DNA of 62,372 nt, counting the filler. It is 4 parts of 4 records of this genome, joined end to end, with 100 filler letters (N's around TTAATTAATTAA, not from the genome) between each part and the next. Parts side by side here need not be neighbours in the genome. Positions count along the whole stretch, not along the records: positions 1 to 22,282 come from DRR378314_1391; positions 22,383 to 34,670 come from DRR378314_1394; 2 more parts are not named here. One strand, given 5' to 3'. Position 1 is the first letter of the stretch. Every line of letters begins with the position of its first letter. Made by a program: the position numbers and the translations under genes. Under the pieces are notes generated by a model that did not search any database, was not told where the DNA came from, and saw nothing but the letters and a program-made list of their open reading frames with translations. This document shows, piece after piece, positions 19,374 to 30,203 of the stretch.

Positions 19374-21636
19374 ATCGTAAGGTTTTTATGGTCAATATAG
19401 CATCATTTAGCACAAAAGGCATGGGGATGCTGTTTTTTGGTCGCTCTGGAATACTAAAATCGGGATGTGTCAGGAGATTATTGGAAGCTTCGTACAAAGT
19501 AAGTTCCAAAATGGAATCTTTGGGAAATTCCAACTGCAGTTCCGTGAAATCATTATTGGTGATATAGTGGGTGACCAATCTACTCTTTCTATGTTCCAAA
19601 AAATAGGAGGATAACGCAATCCGGTTGACCTTGGCGGACGAAATGTCAATGGGGTTGGTAAATACCTCAAGGCGGTTTACATCCCTTTTCGGGGTAATGC
19701 AAAGTTCAATTATCCTGTTATCTCCAATAATAGTGTCGATTACGGTATCAATGTAGGGAGTTTTGATGTCTTTCTTTGGTGCACTGGACACATATTTAAG
19801 ATTTGTACCGTATTTACTGGAAATGGTCTCTGCATTGGGTCTTCTTTTATCATTTCCCAAAAACTGTCCGTTCCAATCTATCAATTTATGGTCATAGGTG
19901 GCCCAAAGCGTAGAATCTGTATCTGCATTATAAACATAGAGCAGGCTACTGGGTTTTGGTCTTTTTTCGTTGAAATTGGATTGGATATGACTAGTGATTC
20001 CAAACGCGAAGAAGAGGAACAAGAACAGATACGCCAACCTTCCTTTACTCTTCAATTGACCAAAAAACGGGAGCACTAGAAAAAATAACAGGGTTGTTAG
20101 GAGTGTTGCTGCAACCATCATTTTTAATCCAAGACCCACGGGAAACATTTTAATGAACGGTGAATAAATTAGCACAGCGGGCAACGCCAAAAACACCATA
20201 AGAAATGGATTCGGCTTTTCTTGATTTAGGGTTACCAAAAGCCCTGCCAATAAACCGTAGAGCGGTACAATAAAAAAGCTTGCCCCTTTTAAATATTGGG
20301 CTACCAATCCACAGATGATCAACCATATAATTAAGGGTGCCACCAATAAATTGGGCGTAGTTGTTTTGCGGAATTTATGGTAACTATAAAAACATACGAA
20401 CAGTGAAAACATCACATAAACGGCGATATACGTATGACCGTTGTAGGTGAAGCCGTGCAGCATATCTTTGAAACCAGGGTACCACCACGTGATGATGGAC
20501 CAACAAAAATAACCTACCAATCCATTGATGATTAGTGTAATCAGTACCGGTAGAAATCCCTTTAAAACATCCTTGATATGGAGCTTTTTCGTTTTGAAAC
20601 CCCAAAACAGCAATAGTACAAATGCAATTACTGCAACAGCGAACATCGGCCAAATCCATTCAAAAGGGTAAGATACCATATTGTAGAACGGAAGATTATA
20701 ATACACTTCGTCGTTCAGACTTTTAAGGTTGTTCAGGTCGGCATCGCTAAAATAGGTGAGCAGCGGCACTAAATAGCTGCCTTGGTGCGCCAAAGTGTTC
20801 CTGTCCAATCGTTCATAAGTGTCCAATGCGGTATGATAATCAAAATGGTCATCTATAAACGCAAAATTGAAGCCTTCAATGTCGCCATCTTCCCTAAAAA
20901 CGGTCAGATCGGTATCGTTGGGGAGCATTTTGTAAATGCTGTAGGCCAGCGAATTGGCTACGGGATATTTCGGATGGGCTTCTTTAAACTCTTTTATTAA
21001 ATTGCCATTTCCCCTGTTCGTCTCAATAAGCATGTAGCTTGGTCCACCACTACCACGAGCTTCAAAATTTAGGGCCAGGCCTACATCTTTGGCCCAGGGA
21101 TGCTTGTTTACAAAAAGGTCGGCGCCGTTTAGTCCTAGTTCTTCAGCATCCGTGATCAATATGATGATATCGTTATTTGGGACCTTGTTTTTGCTCAAAA
21201 ATGCTCGAACCCCTTCTAAAATGGTTGCCACGCCGCTGGCAGCATCACTAGCGCCATAAGATGAATGCGGATTGCTATCATAGTGGGACAGTAAAAGGAG
21301 GGCCTTCCCATTACCGCTTCCCTCAATTCTGGCCAAAATATTGGTTGCCTTGCTCAAGTTGCCCCAATCACCGGCCGTATACCCATCCTGTATAGTGGTT
21401 GTCAACCCCATTTTCTTGAGTTCGGAAATAACGTAGTCCTTGGCGCGTTCATGTCCGGGAAATCCAACCGCATGAGGTTCTTTGGACAATTCTTTTACGT
21501 GTTCCAATGCCCTATCCGTGGAAAAAGAATCCGTTGGGACATCTTTTTTGGCTTCATAAACAGGCATCAGGGATTTAAAACTCCAATACACAGCGAGCGC
21601 AAGTAAAATTAAGGCGAGGGTTCGGGAAAACTTCAT
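19366..21636 (-). CDS. M28-family membrane metallopeptidase (ERMP1-like)
   Basis: SHYDS, GASDAASG, DAEELGLNGA, NFEARG and YHT motifs followed by multiple TM helices. Confidence 0.9.
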   Translation of the reverse strand: MKFSRTLALILLALAVYWSFKSLMPVYEAKKDVPTDSFSTDRALEHVKELSKEPHAVGFPGHERAKDYVISELKKMGLTTTIQDGYTAGDWGNLSKATNILARIEGSGNGKALLLLSHYDSNPHSSYGASDAASGVATILEGVRAFLSKNKVPNNDIIILITDAEELGLNGADLFVNKHPWAKDVGLALNFEARGSGGPSYMLIETNRGNGNLIKEFKEAHPKYPVANSLAYSIYKMLPNDTDLTVFREDGDIEGFNFAFIDDHFDYHTALDTYERLDRNTLAHQGSYLVPLLTYFSDADLNNLKSLNDEVYYNLPFYNMVSYPFEWIWPMFAVAVIAFVLLLFWGFKTKKLHIKDVLKGFLPVLITLIINGLVGYFCWSIITWWYPGFKDMLHGFTYNGHTYIAVYVMFSLFVCFYSYHKFRKTTTPNLLVAPLIIWLIICGLVAQYLKGASFFIVPLYGLLAGLLVTLNQEKPNPFLMVFLALPAVLIYSPFIKMFPVGLGLKMMVAATLLTTLLFFLVLPFFGQLKSKGRLAYLFLFLFFAFGITSHIQSNFNEKRPKPSSLLYVYNADTDSTLWATYDHKLIDWNGQFLGNDKRRPNAETISSKYGTNLKYVSSAPKKDIKTPYIDTVIDTIIGDNRIIELCITPKRDVNRLEVFTNPIDISSAKVNRIALSSYFLEHRKSRLVTHYITNNDFTELQLEFPKDSILELTLYEASNNLLTHPDFSIPERPKNSIPMPFVLNDAILTIKTLRFD

Positions 21637-21758
21637 GGTTTAGCATTGTTGAATCTTAAAAGTATGAAATTCTAAAAGGTTCTCATATTTTGATGCTTAA
21701 AATTAGGTTATTCGCTAAAAAAAGGTATATTTAATATTCAACTTTAAAATCTAACCTT

Positions 21759-22229
21759 ATGGCAATCAAGAGTTTTCAAGGCGTACGAAGCAAGGAGGAG
21801 AACAAGAAGAAATACAACGCCCCTATATTGGTAGAGGATTATATGACCAAAAAATTGATTACGTTTTCTCCGGACCAATCCATTTTGGAAGTAATGGAGA
21901 CTTTTGCCAAACACCATATCTCTGGTGGACCGGTTTTGGACAAAAATGGTTTTTTGGTCGGAATCGTTTCCGAGGCAGATTGTATGAAGCAAATTTCGGA
22001 GAGCAGGTATTTTAACCAACCTATTTTGGATAAGAGCGTAGAGCGGTTTATGACCAAAAATGTGGAAACAGTCCCTCACGATATGTCTATTTTTGATGTT
22101 GCAGGTGTTTTTGATAGGCACAACAGGCGTAGGTTACCGGTAATGAAAAATGATATTTTGGTCGGGCAGATCAGTAGAAAAGATGTGGTGGTTGCGGCCT
22201 TAAAACTAACTTCCCATAGTTGGAAATAA
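21759..22229 (+). CDS. CBS-domain protein
   Basis: Two CBS repeats (VEDYMT...ISGGPVLD...LVGIVS; RRLPVM...LVGQISRKD). Confidence 0.9.
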   Translation: MAIKSFQGVRSKEENKKKYNAPILVEDYMTKKLITFSPDQSILEVMETFAKHHISGGPVLDKNGFLVGIVSEADCMKQISESRYFNQPILDKSVERFMTKNVETVPHDMSIFDVAGVFDRHNRRRLPVMKNDILVGQISRKDVVVAALKLTSHSWK

Positions 22230-22282
22230 CAGGGGTTTAACTCGCAATATATTTTTTTAGAGGTCAGTATTTAAATACGTAT

Positions 22283-22382
22283 NNNNNNNNNNNNNNNNNN
22301 NNNNNNNNNNNNNNNNNNNNNNNNNNTTAATTAATTAANNNNNNNNNNNNNNNNNNNNNNNNNNNNNNNNNNNNNNNNNNNN
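22283..22382. other. Artificial contig linker
   Basis: 44 N + TTAATTAATTAA (stops in all six frames) + 44 N. Confidence 0.98.
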
Positions 22383-22392
22383 GCGTCTTACT

Positions 22393-22422
22393 GACTTCTC
22401 AAAATTGAGTTTTACTAATAAA
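22393..22422 (+). repeat. Contig-end repeat, possible IS terminus
   Basis: GACTTCTCAAAATTGAGTTTTACTAATAAA matches 34771-34800 at 29/30 nt; both copies lie at contig starts. Confidence 0.65.
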
Positions 22423-22495
22423 GTTTCCCGTTTCTTTGGGATTAACCAATTTTTAGGTATTTTATCATCAGTTTTCCCACCAATAAATTACTACT

Positions 22496-24277
22496 ATGGT
22501 AGAACTGAATATAGTAAACCTGTTGATGGTAATGGCCGCTGCTTGGCTTGGGGGGATTCTGGCCAAACGAATGGGTTTCCCAGCTATTTTAGGCGAACTT
22601 TTGATTGGAATAATATTGGGTCCCGCTTTGTTGGCCGTACTGGAAACTTCAGCTGACCTAGACATTTTGGCCGAAGTGGGAATACTTTTCCTTATGGCCT
22701 ATATTGGCATGGAAATCAACTTTAAGGATTTGGGCAAAGCCTCATGGGCAGGCCTACTTGCTGCCGTTGGTGGATTCGTAGTTCCTTTTGCCCTTGGCTA
22801 TTACACCATTTTACATTTTGGGGGCACCCATATAGCCGGACTCTTTGTAGGTATTGCCGTTGGGGTAACTTCCTTGGCCACCAAGAGTAGAATTCTCGTA
22901 GACCTTAAACTTCTGGATACCCGAATAGCCTATGTGCTTATGGCGGGCGCATTAATATCGGACACCTTGGCCCTTATCATTTTTGCCGGTATTATTGGTT
23001 ATGTAGAAGCCGGGAGTATTGATACTGCAGGTCTAGTCTGGGTGGCCGGGAAGGCAATTCTATTTTTCTTCATTGCCCTTTTAATCGGTATCTATTTGTT
23101 TCCTCTTTTGGGCAAATTATTAACAAAGGCCAAGCTAACAAGTCGCACATTGCTCTTTACCATTTTGATCATCATGGTGCTGGGTTTTTCAGAATTGGCC
23201 GAACTTGCCGGGCTACATGGTATTTTGGGAAGCTTTGTGGCCGGACTTTTTATAAGGGATAGTGTATTTTCCAGGCAAATTCTCAAAGACGTTTCAGCTG
23301 TCTTTCATGATATCTCCATCGGTTTTCTAGCGCCCATTTTTTTTGTAACCGCCGGCTTTCATGTTACTTTGGATGTCTTTCAGACCGACCTGGCACTTTT
23401 GATATTGGTAATTACGGGTGCCGTGGTAGGGAAAATACTGGGAACAACACTTTTTTATCTACCCAGTGGATACGGTTGGCGCGAAGGGTTCACTATTGGT
23501 ACCGGTATGAACGGAAGGGGGGCCGTAGAAATAATTATTGCAGGAATAGGTCTTCAGATGAACATTATTTCGCAGGAAATATTTTCAATATTGGTGTTTA
23601 TGGCCATTTCAACTACCCTTACGGTGCCGGTGTTCCTAACTTGGACCACCAATTGGCTCAAAAAGCGCGGGGAACTGGTAAAACAGGACGCGAGAAATGG
23701 TTACCTGATACTTGGTGCAAATCCCTTGGGACTATACATAGCCAAGCAACTGGCCGAACAGAACGAAGTAATCCTCATAGATTATAACAAGGATTTAGTA
23801 AACGAAGCCAATGCCCAAGGGGTAAAAGCAATCTATGGAAACGGCCTTAGGGAGGACGCGTTCGAAGAGGCGAACGCCTTAAATAAAAATACCTTTATAG
23901 CACTAACGGGCAACAGTGAAATTAATCTTCTTTCAGCACAATTGGCCTACAACTCCTTTTATATCCCGAACAGAATAGTACTGGTCTCCCCAGTTGAAAA
24001 TGGGGTAGGCCTAAATCTATTGGAGCACATGGATGCCTCTTCCTTGTTTGCCAACAAAACCGATATGGTACCGTGGTCCTACAAAATAAGCACTAACAAT
24101 TTTGAAGAAAAGTTAGAAAAAATAGAAAAGGAAATCTCTACCAGAAATTGGTTTAAAAACAATGCTAAAAACAAGGACATCCTACCCATTTTAATTCTGG
24201 ATGAAAATGGCATAAAGCGACCATTTCATTACAAGGACATTATAAAACCTAAAGAAAGTGTTGTTTACCTCCAATAA
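22496..24277 (+). CDS. Cation:proton antiporter (CPA2/KefB-like) with C-terminal TrkA-N domain
   Basis: ILGELLIGIILGP, many TM helices, GMNGRGAV; C-terminal ILGANPLG NAD-binding-like fold. Confidence 0.88.
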   Translation: MVELNIVNLLMVMAAAWLGGILAKRMGFPAILGELLIGIILGPALLAVLETSADLDILAEVGILFLMAYIGMEINFKDLGKASWAGLLAAVGGFVVPFALGYYTILHFGGTHIAGLFVGIAVGVTSLATKSRILVDLKLLDTRIAYVLMAGALISDTLALIIFAGIIGYVEAGSIDTAGLVWVAGKAILFFFIALLIGIYLFPLLGKLLTKAKLTSRTLLFTILIIMVLGFSELAELAGLHGILGSFVAGLFIRDSVFSRQILKDVSAVFHDISIGFLAPIFFVTAGFHVTLDVFQTDLALLILVITGAVVGKILGTTLFYLPSGYGWREGFTIGTGMNGRGAVEIIIAGIGLQMNIISQEIFSILVFMAISTTLTVPVFLTWTTNWLKKRGELVKQDARNGYLILGANPLGLYIAKQLAEQNEVILIDYNKDLVNEANAQGVKAIYGNGLREDAFEEANALNKNTFIALTGNSEINLLSAQLAYNSFYIPNRIVLVSPVENGVGLNLLEHMDASSLFANKTDMVPWSYKISTNNFEEKLEKIEKEISTRNWFKNNAKNKDILPILILDENGIKRPFHYKDIIKPKESVVYLQ

Positions 24278-24393
24278 TTAAACAACAAAGATAAATTGCT
24301 GATAAAGTGTTAAAAAACCACTAATAAAACCAAGTTTCAAGAAATATCCCTAGTGCTTTTGTTAATTTGCACCTTCTTTACACTAGGTTATCT

Positions 24394-25254
24394 ATGAAAT
24401 TATACCCTATTGAATCTGGAAATTTTAAGTTGGATGGAGGGGCCATGTTCGGTGTGGTACCAAAATCAATATGGAACAGGACCAATCCGGCAGATTCAAA
24501 CAATATGATCGATATGGCCGCAAGATGTCTGTTGATAGAGAATGGCGATCGACTTACCCTAATCGATACAGGGATGGGCAATAAACAATCCGACAAATTC
24601 TTTGGGTATTATTATAGATGGGGGGAGCATTCCTTGGATAAATCCCTAAAAAAGTTCGGCTTTCACAGGGATGATATTACAGACGTTTTCCTGACCCATT
24701 TACATTTCGACCATTGCGGGGGAAGCATACAATGGAACAAGGATAGAACCGGCTATGAACCCGCTTTTAAAAATGCCGTTTTTTGGACCAACGAGGCTCA
24801 TTGGCAATGGGCAACAGAGCCCAATCCAAGGGAAAAGGCCTCCTTTCTTAAGGAAAACTTATTGCCCATGCAGGAAAGTGGACAGTTGCGATTTGTTGAA
24901 AGAACGGAAAACCCTTTCACGGAAAAATCGGAATTGGATTTTGGAATTTTGTTTGTGGACGGACATACGGAAAAACAAATGATACCGCATATCCAATATA
25001 TGGACAAGACTTTGGTATTTGCAGCGGACCTACTCCCCACGGCAGGCCACATTCCCCTTCCATATGTCATGGGTTATGATACCCGTCCGTTATTAACACT
25101 TTCAGAAAAGGCCCTGTTTTTGGAAAAGGCCGTGAAAGACAATTATTATCTGTTTTTGGAACACGATGCCCACAACCAAATCTGTACCCTACAAACAACG
25201 GACAAGGGAATACGTTTAAAAGAAATACATACCTTTGCCCAGCTTTTTGAATAA
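24394..25254 (+). CDS. MBL-fold metallo-hydrolase (YtnP-like)
   Basis: FKLDGGAMFGVVPK, THLHFDHCGG, GHT and HD motifs; ATG at 24394 preferred. Confidence 0.9.
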   Translation: MKLYPIESGNFKLDGGAMFGVVPKSIWNRTNPADSNNMIDMAARCLLIENGDRLTLIDTGMGNKQSDKFFGYYYRWGEHSLDKSLKKFGFHRDDITDVFLTHLHFDHCGGSIQWNKDRTGYEPAFKNAVFWTNEAHWQWATEPNPREKASFLKENLLPMQESGQLRFVERTENPFTEKSELDFGILFVDGHTEKQMIPHIQYMDKTLVFAADLLPTAGHIPLPYVMGYDTRPLLTLSEKALFLEKAVKDNYYLFLEHDAHNQICTLQTTDKGIRLKEIHTFAQLFE

Positions 25255-25368
25255 TATGATCAATCGTAAACTCCTATATCTGGCAGACCAAGGCTGCCTA
25301 GTACGCTTCCAAACGAAATTACCTGGAAATCTATTTAATAAGACATTCTAATCTAACACTATAAATAA

Positions 25369-27000
25369 ATGACACTAACATTGAACAGAACTATTTTGGC
25401 CGTGTCGGCCTCTATTTTACTTTATGGCTGTGGCAGTACTGCCCTAGTTTCCACCCCAATTGAAAATATTGATACCCTACCCCTAAAAATATCGGAATTA
25501 ACCGAGGCTCAAAAAAAGAATTGGGGACACACGGATTTGCTTACCGATACTATTCCTGGGATGAGCGTGGACAAGGCCTACGCCGAAATAATCGGGAATA
25601 AAAAGGGGGAAAAAGTAATTGTGGCCGTGCTGGATTCCGGAATGGACCTTACCCATGAAGACTTGGTGGATGTCCTATGGGTAAATAAGGGAGAAATTGC
25701 AGGAAACAACAAGGATGATGACAATAATGGTTATATAGACGATATACACGGTTACAACTTTTTAGGGGAATCCTACAACGAGCAATTGGAAATGGCAAGA
25801 ATTGTGGGCAAAAAATTAGGGGATGCCTCCTTACAGGCCAAGGCCAAAAGCGACCTTGACAAGGATTATCAAAAAGCACTTCAAAACAAAGGACAGTACG
25901 AACAAATACTCCAGGCAGTCCAAAATGCAGATGAAGAGGTAAAGGAGCTTCTTGGAAAAGATAGCTATACCAAAAAAGACCTGACCGAAATTAAAACGGA
26001 AGAGGAGACCATGCAAAGAAATGTTAGTATCTTAATGCAAATGTTGAGCATAAAGGACACCATACCAGAAGTACTTTCAGAACTTAAAGATGGCATTAAA
26101 CATTTTACCGATCAGCTAAATTATAATCTAAACGTAGATTTTGATGGCAGAAAAATGGTAGGGGATGATCCTTATAATTTTGACGATAGGGGCTACGGCA
26201 ACGGAAATCCCAAAAACAGGGTCGATGATGAAAGTCATGGTACCCATGTTGCCGGTATTATTGCTGCAAAAAGAAATAACGGTCTTGGAGCCAACGGGGT
26301 TGCTGAAAATGTAGAAATTATGAGCATCAGGGCAGTACCCAATGGAGATGAATACGATAAGGATATTGCTTTGGGAATACGCTATGCCGTGGATAACGGA
26401 GCCAAAATTATTAACGGAAGTTTTGGAAAAGCTTACTCTCCCAATGCAGAATGGGTTTATGACGCCATTAAATACGCGGCGGACAATGATGTGCTTTTTG
26501 TTCATGCGGCAGGAAACTCCGGAGAAGATCTTGATGACCCAAATAACCCAAATTTCCCCAATGATCAAATCAACAATGGACCAGAAATGGCAGATAACGT
26601 AATAACCGTGGGCGCATTGACAAGCAAATATGGTTCCGAAATGGTTGCCTCATTTTCCAATTATGGCCTTATAAACGTAGACGTTTTTGCCCCTGGTGAT
26701 GATATCTATTCCACAATGCCCAACAATGAATACGATTTTCAGGGAGGTACTTCCATGGCCGCACCTGCAGTTGCAGGAGTTGCTGCCCTTGTAAGATCTT
26801 TTTATCCAAAATTATCAGCTTCCCAAGTAAAGGCAATATTGTTGAATTCCGGACTTACCACCAAATCGAAAGTAGTGGTAGATGGTGATGCCTCAAAGGC
26901 AATGGATTTTCAAAAAATCTCAAAATCAGGTAAAATGGTCAATGCATACAATGCCTTGATTATGGCCGATGCTGTATCCAGAGGGAAAATAAAATTATAA
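25369..27000 (+). CDS. S8 subtilisin-family serine peptidase, lipoprotein
   Basis: Lipobox LYGC; catalytic VAVLDSG, HGTHVAG and GTSMAAP. Confidence 0.95.
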   Translation: MTLTLNRTILAVSASILLYGCGSTALVSTPIENIDTLPLKISELTEAQKKNWGHTDLLTDTIPGMSVDKAYAEIIGNKKGEKVIVAVLDSGMDLTHEDLVDVLWVNKGEIAGNNKDDDNNGYIDDIHGYNFLGESYNEQLEMARIVGKKLGDASLQAKAKSDLDKDYQKALQNKGQYEQILQAVQNADEEVKELLGKDSYTKKDLTEIKTEEETMQRNVSILMQMLSIKDTIPEVLSELKDGIKHFTDQLNYNLNVDFDGRKMVGDDPYNFDDRGYGNGNPKNRVDDESHGTHVAGIIAAKRNNGLGANGVAENVEIMSIRAVPNGDEYDKDIALGIRYAVDNGAKIINGSFGKAYSPNAEWVYDAIKYAADNDVLFVHAAGNSGEDLDDPNNPNFPNDQINNGPEMADNVITVGALTSKYGSEMVASFSNYGLINVDVFAPGDDIYSTMPNNEYDFQGGTSMAAPAVAGVAALVRSFYPKLSASQVKAILLNSGLTTKSKVVVDGDASKAMDFQKISKSGKMVNAYNALIMADAVSRGKIKL

Positions 27001-27013
27001 CGGATAATAATAC

Positions 27014-27048
27014 TCAAGGGATAGCCTAAAATCATAGGCTGCCCTTGA
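27014..27048. terminator. Intergenic hairpin (terminator or mRNA stabiliser)
   Basis: TCAAGGG..AGCCTA / TAGGCT.CCCTTGA imperfect inverted repeat. Confidence 0.45.
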
Positions 27049-27080
27049 CCTATAAAAAATAGATTATACAAATTGACGGT

Positions 27081-28949
27081 ATGAGACATAACAAAGGACT
27101 TTTTTTTGGTTTAGTGGTTGCCATTCTTTGCTTAACAGCACAAATGGAAGCACAAAACAATACTTCCTATTGGCAACAGCATGTGGATTATTCCATGGAT
27201 GTGAACGTGGATGTTGAAAAATATCAATACAGCGGAACACAAAAATTGGTCTATACCAATAATTCCCCGGATGTACTCAGCCGAGTGTATTACCATCTTT
27301 TTTTCAATGCCTTTCAACCTGGCAGTGAGATGGACATGCGTTTGCAAAGTGTTGCTGACCCGGACGGTAGAATGATGGCAGACGGGAAAAGCAGGATTGC
27401 AAGTCTTAGCCCCGAAGAAATGGGATATCTTAGGGTTAATTCCCTAACTCAGGACAATCAAGCTGTTTCCTTTGTAGAAGAGGGAACAATTTTGGTTGTT
27501 GAATTAAATAAACCAATTCCCCCTGGTGGAAAAACCACCTTTGAAATGACCTTCAATGGGCAAATCCCTTTGCAAATAAGGCGAAGTGGTAGAAACAGCA
27601 GTGAAGGGGTAGCGCTCTCTATGAGTCAGTGGTACCCGAAATTGGCGGAATACGATTTTGAAGGCTGGCATGCCGATCCCTATATTGCCCGTGAATTTCA
27701 TGGAGTATGGGGCGATTTTGATGTTAAGCTTACCTTGGACAAGAAATATGTAGTAGGGGGTACAGGGTATTTACAAAACCCCGAAGAAGTAGGTCATGGA
27801 TATGAAACGCCTGGATCAAAAATAAAAAAGACAAAGGGCAAAACCCTTACTTGGCATTTTAAGGCCCCAATGGTTCACGATTTTATGTGGGCTGCAGATC
27901 CAGATTACCTTCACGATACCCTAAAGGTAGAAAATGGGCCAATGCTACATTTTTTCTATAAAAACGATAAGGAAATTGTGGAAAACTGGAAAAAACTTCA
28001 GCCAAAAACGGCCGAGGCCATGCAGTTCTTCAATAAAAATATTGGCGATTATCCCTATGAGCAATACTCGGTGATACAAGGAGGCGATGGTGGTATGGAA
28101 TACGCTATGAGTACCCTTATCACCGGTGGTAGAAATTTTGGAAGCCTGGTAGGGGTTATGGTGCATGAAATGGCACATTCCTGGTTCCAGCATGTGTTGG
28201 CGAGCAACGAATCCAAACACGAATGGATGGATGAAGGCTTTACCACCTTTATCTCCAGTTTATGTATGGACCAGATCATGGACCAAAAAAAGGAAAATCC
28301 CTTTGCTGGTTCCTATCAAGGATATTACAATTTGGTGGCTTCTGGTAAAGAACAGCCCCAAACCACCCATGCCGATAGATATGAGCTAAATTTTGCCTAT
28401 GGGGTTGCTGCCTACAGCAAAGGGGCTATTTTCCTATCGCAATTGGGCTATATCATAGGCCAGGATAAGCTAATGGAGACCCTGAGAAAATATTATCAGG
28501 ACTTTAAATTTAAACACCCCACCCCTAACGATATAAAAAGAACCGCCGAAAAGGTCTCCGGAATGGAGTTGGACTGGTACCTTACAGATTGGACCCAAAC
28601 AACAAACACTATAGATTACGGTATTAAGGCAGTGGAGGCAGATGGACAAAAAACCAATGTAAGCTTGGAGCGAATTGGTCTTATGCCCATGCCCATAGAT
28701 ATTTTGGTACTGTACAATGATGGTACCCAAGAAACATTTTATGCTCCATTGCGTATGATGTATGGCGAAAAAGAGAATCCATATCCCAATTTAAAAAGAA
28801 CCGTATTGCAAGATTGGCCCTGGGCAAATACCAATTACGACCTTATCTTGGATAAGGAGCTCAATAATGTTAAGGCCATTGTATTGGACCCATCCCAGCT
28901 GATGGCAGATGTAAATGAAGAAAACAATGTCTGGCAGGCCCAAGAGTAA
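27081..28949 (+). CDS. M1-family metalloaminopeptidase
   Basis: GGMEY exopeptidase motif, HEMAH...WMDEG zinc motif, YSKG. Confidence 0.93.
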   Translation: MRHNKGLFFGLVVAILCLTAQMEAQNNTSYWQQHVDYSMDVNVDVEKYQYSGTQKLVYTNNSPDVLSRVYYHLFFNAFQPGSEMDMRLQSVADPDGRMMADGKSRIASLSPEEMGYLRVNSLTQDNQAVSFVEEGTILVVELNKPIPPGGKTTFEMTFNGQIPLQIRRSGRNSSEGVALSMSQWYPKLAEYDFEGWHADPYIAREFHGVWGDFDVKLTLDKKYVVGGTGYLQNPEEVGHGYETPGSKIKKTKGKTLTWHFKAPMVHDFMWAADPDYLHDTLKVENGPMLHFFYKNDKEIVENWKKLQPKTAEAMQFFNKNIGDYPYEQYSVIQGGDGGMEYAMSTLITGGRNFGSLVGVMVHEMAHSWFQHVLASNESKHEWMDEGFTTFISSLCMDQIMDQKKENPFAGSYQGYYNLVASGKEQPQTTHADRYELNFAYGVAAYSKGAIFLSQLGYIIGQDKLMETLRKYYQDFKFKHPTPNDIKRTAEKVSGMELDWYLTDWTQTTNTIDYGIKAVEADGQKTNVSLERIGLMPMPIDILVLYNDGTQETFYAPLRMMYGEKENPYPNLKRTVLQDWPWANTNYDLILDKELNNVKAIVLDPSQLMADVNEENNVWQAQE

Positions 28950-28966
28950 AAAATAATTAAAATTTT

Positions 28967-29009
28967 AAATCCGTTTAAGATGGCCTCAATAGCTATTTTA
29001 AACGGATTT
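28967..29009. terminator. Bidirectional terminator between convergent genes
   Basis: AAATCCGTTTAA / TTAAACGGATTT perfect 12-bp inverted repeat. Confidence 0.7.
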
Positions 29010-30203
29010 TTTATTTCTATACCACCATGTTCTACTATACATCTTGTTCTTGGCGGTAGCTTCCCTACTGGTCATTAAAATTTCGCCTTTATTAATTACC
29101 CTATTCCTATACCCCAGCAGGTGAAAAAGAGGTTTTGCCATAAATCTGGCAGTTCTTTCATTAACCAATAAGGTGCCCTTATTCTTATCGGCCCACGAAA
29201 CCCCAGGTAAAATGGGTAACAAAGCGGGCATTCTTATTTTTCTAAATAGAACTGATAACCACAAGGCGAACTTAGGCGTCTTGCGAATCAGAAAAAACCC
29301 ATCCTCACCCTGGCTTTGGTACAAAGGCATGAAAATGCTAGATTTTTGCAGTGCCAATACCGCTTTATCGTTATGTTCTGCCAATATTTTTCCTTTGTTC
29401 ACAACATCGAAACTCCTGAATCCTGGCAACATAAGAAATTTGTCCCCGGGTGCAATGGGATGTCTGTGAATTATCTCAAAAAAGCTGGCGTTCTCCTTGG
29501 CCGAATTTTGAAGCTGACGATAATACCCTTCAAATCCATCAACATCGGCTTTTTTAAGCGCACCGCCATAGACCAGGGACAACCACATAAAAGCTATACT
29601 ATTGTCCACCGCTTCCTTCGCCGTATGCTGGCCAGATTCAAAACCAATGGCCAAGTAGCCCTGTTCGTTGATATAACTCAGTAGAGGACCGTCTAAGTAC
29701 TCCTCAATCCCCAAAATTATTGGGACTGGAAAAAGCTTTGAAAATTTCCTGTTGATCAAGGCATCATTAATAGTAATAAACGGCAGGGTCTTGCTGGAAG
29801 TGGTATGGAAATCTATAAAGTAAAAAGGCCCGGATTCTGTTTTCAGGATATCCAATAAGACTTGGTGAATGGATAACAATTCCCTGTCTTCGTTAAGAAG
29901 TTCATTTTCAGCTTTCGCCTTAATTTTTTCAATTTTTTCATCGGTCCATAATCGGTTTAGGTCACGATCCACAAATCTTTTCCCTTCCAAAAGTGCCGCA
30001 ATGTTGCCACGAATCCCATAAATGCTGCCCGTTACAGAAATTTCATTTTCCTCGATCCCAAGGAAAACTTCTTGCATTGCCTCCTCACCGGAAGGCTCAT
30101 TGCCATGAATACCCCCAAAGAATATCATGGTAGGGCCACCATTGCCGCCTTTTAAATTACCAATGGTTCGGCTCTTGCCAATTTGGTTCTCTATGGTAAT
30201 CAT
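28998..30203 (-). CDS. Succinylglutamate desuccinylase/aspartoacylase-family (M14) hydrolase
   Basis: GGIHGNE, RFVDRDLNR, DFHTTS and FESGQH motifs; ATG at 30203 overlaps the upstream stop (ATGA). Confidence 0.88.
   Translation of the reverse strand: MITIENQIGKSRTIGNLKGGNGGPTMIFFGGIHGNEPSGEEAMQEVFLGIEENEISVTGSIYGIRGNIAALLEGKRFVDRDLNRLWTDEKIEKIKAKAENELLNEDRELLSIHQVLLDILKTESGPFYFIDFHTTSSKTLPFITINDALINRKFSKLFPVPIILGIEEYLDGPLLSYINEQGYLAIGFESGQHTAKEAVDNSIAFMWLSLVYGGALKKADVDGFEGYYRQLQNSAKENASFFEIIHRHPIAPGDKFLMLPGFRSFDVVNKGKILAEHNDKAVLALQKSSIFMPLYQSQGEDGFFLIRKTPKFALWLSVLFRKIRMPALLPILPGVSWADKNKGTLLVNERTARFMAKPLFHLLGYRNRVINKGEILMTSREATAKNKMYSRTWWYRNKKSV

Noticed and set aside
22327-22338. Recurring TTAATTAATTAA as a biological repeat or CRISPR-like unit
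   Set aside because: Always embedded in N runs, so it is an assembly spacer; no repeat-spacer array or cas gene was seen in the window
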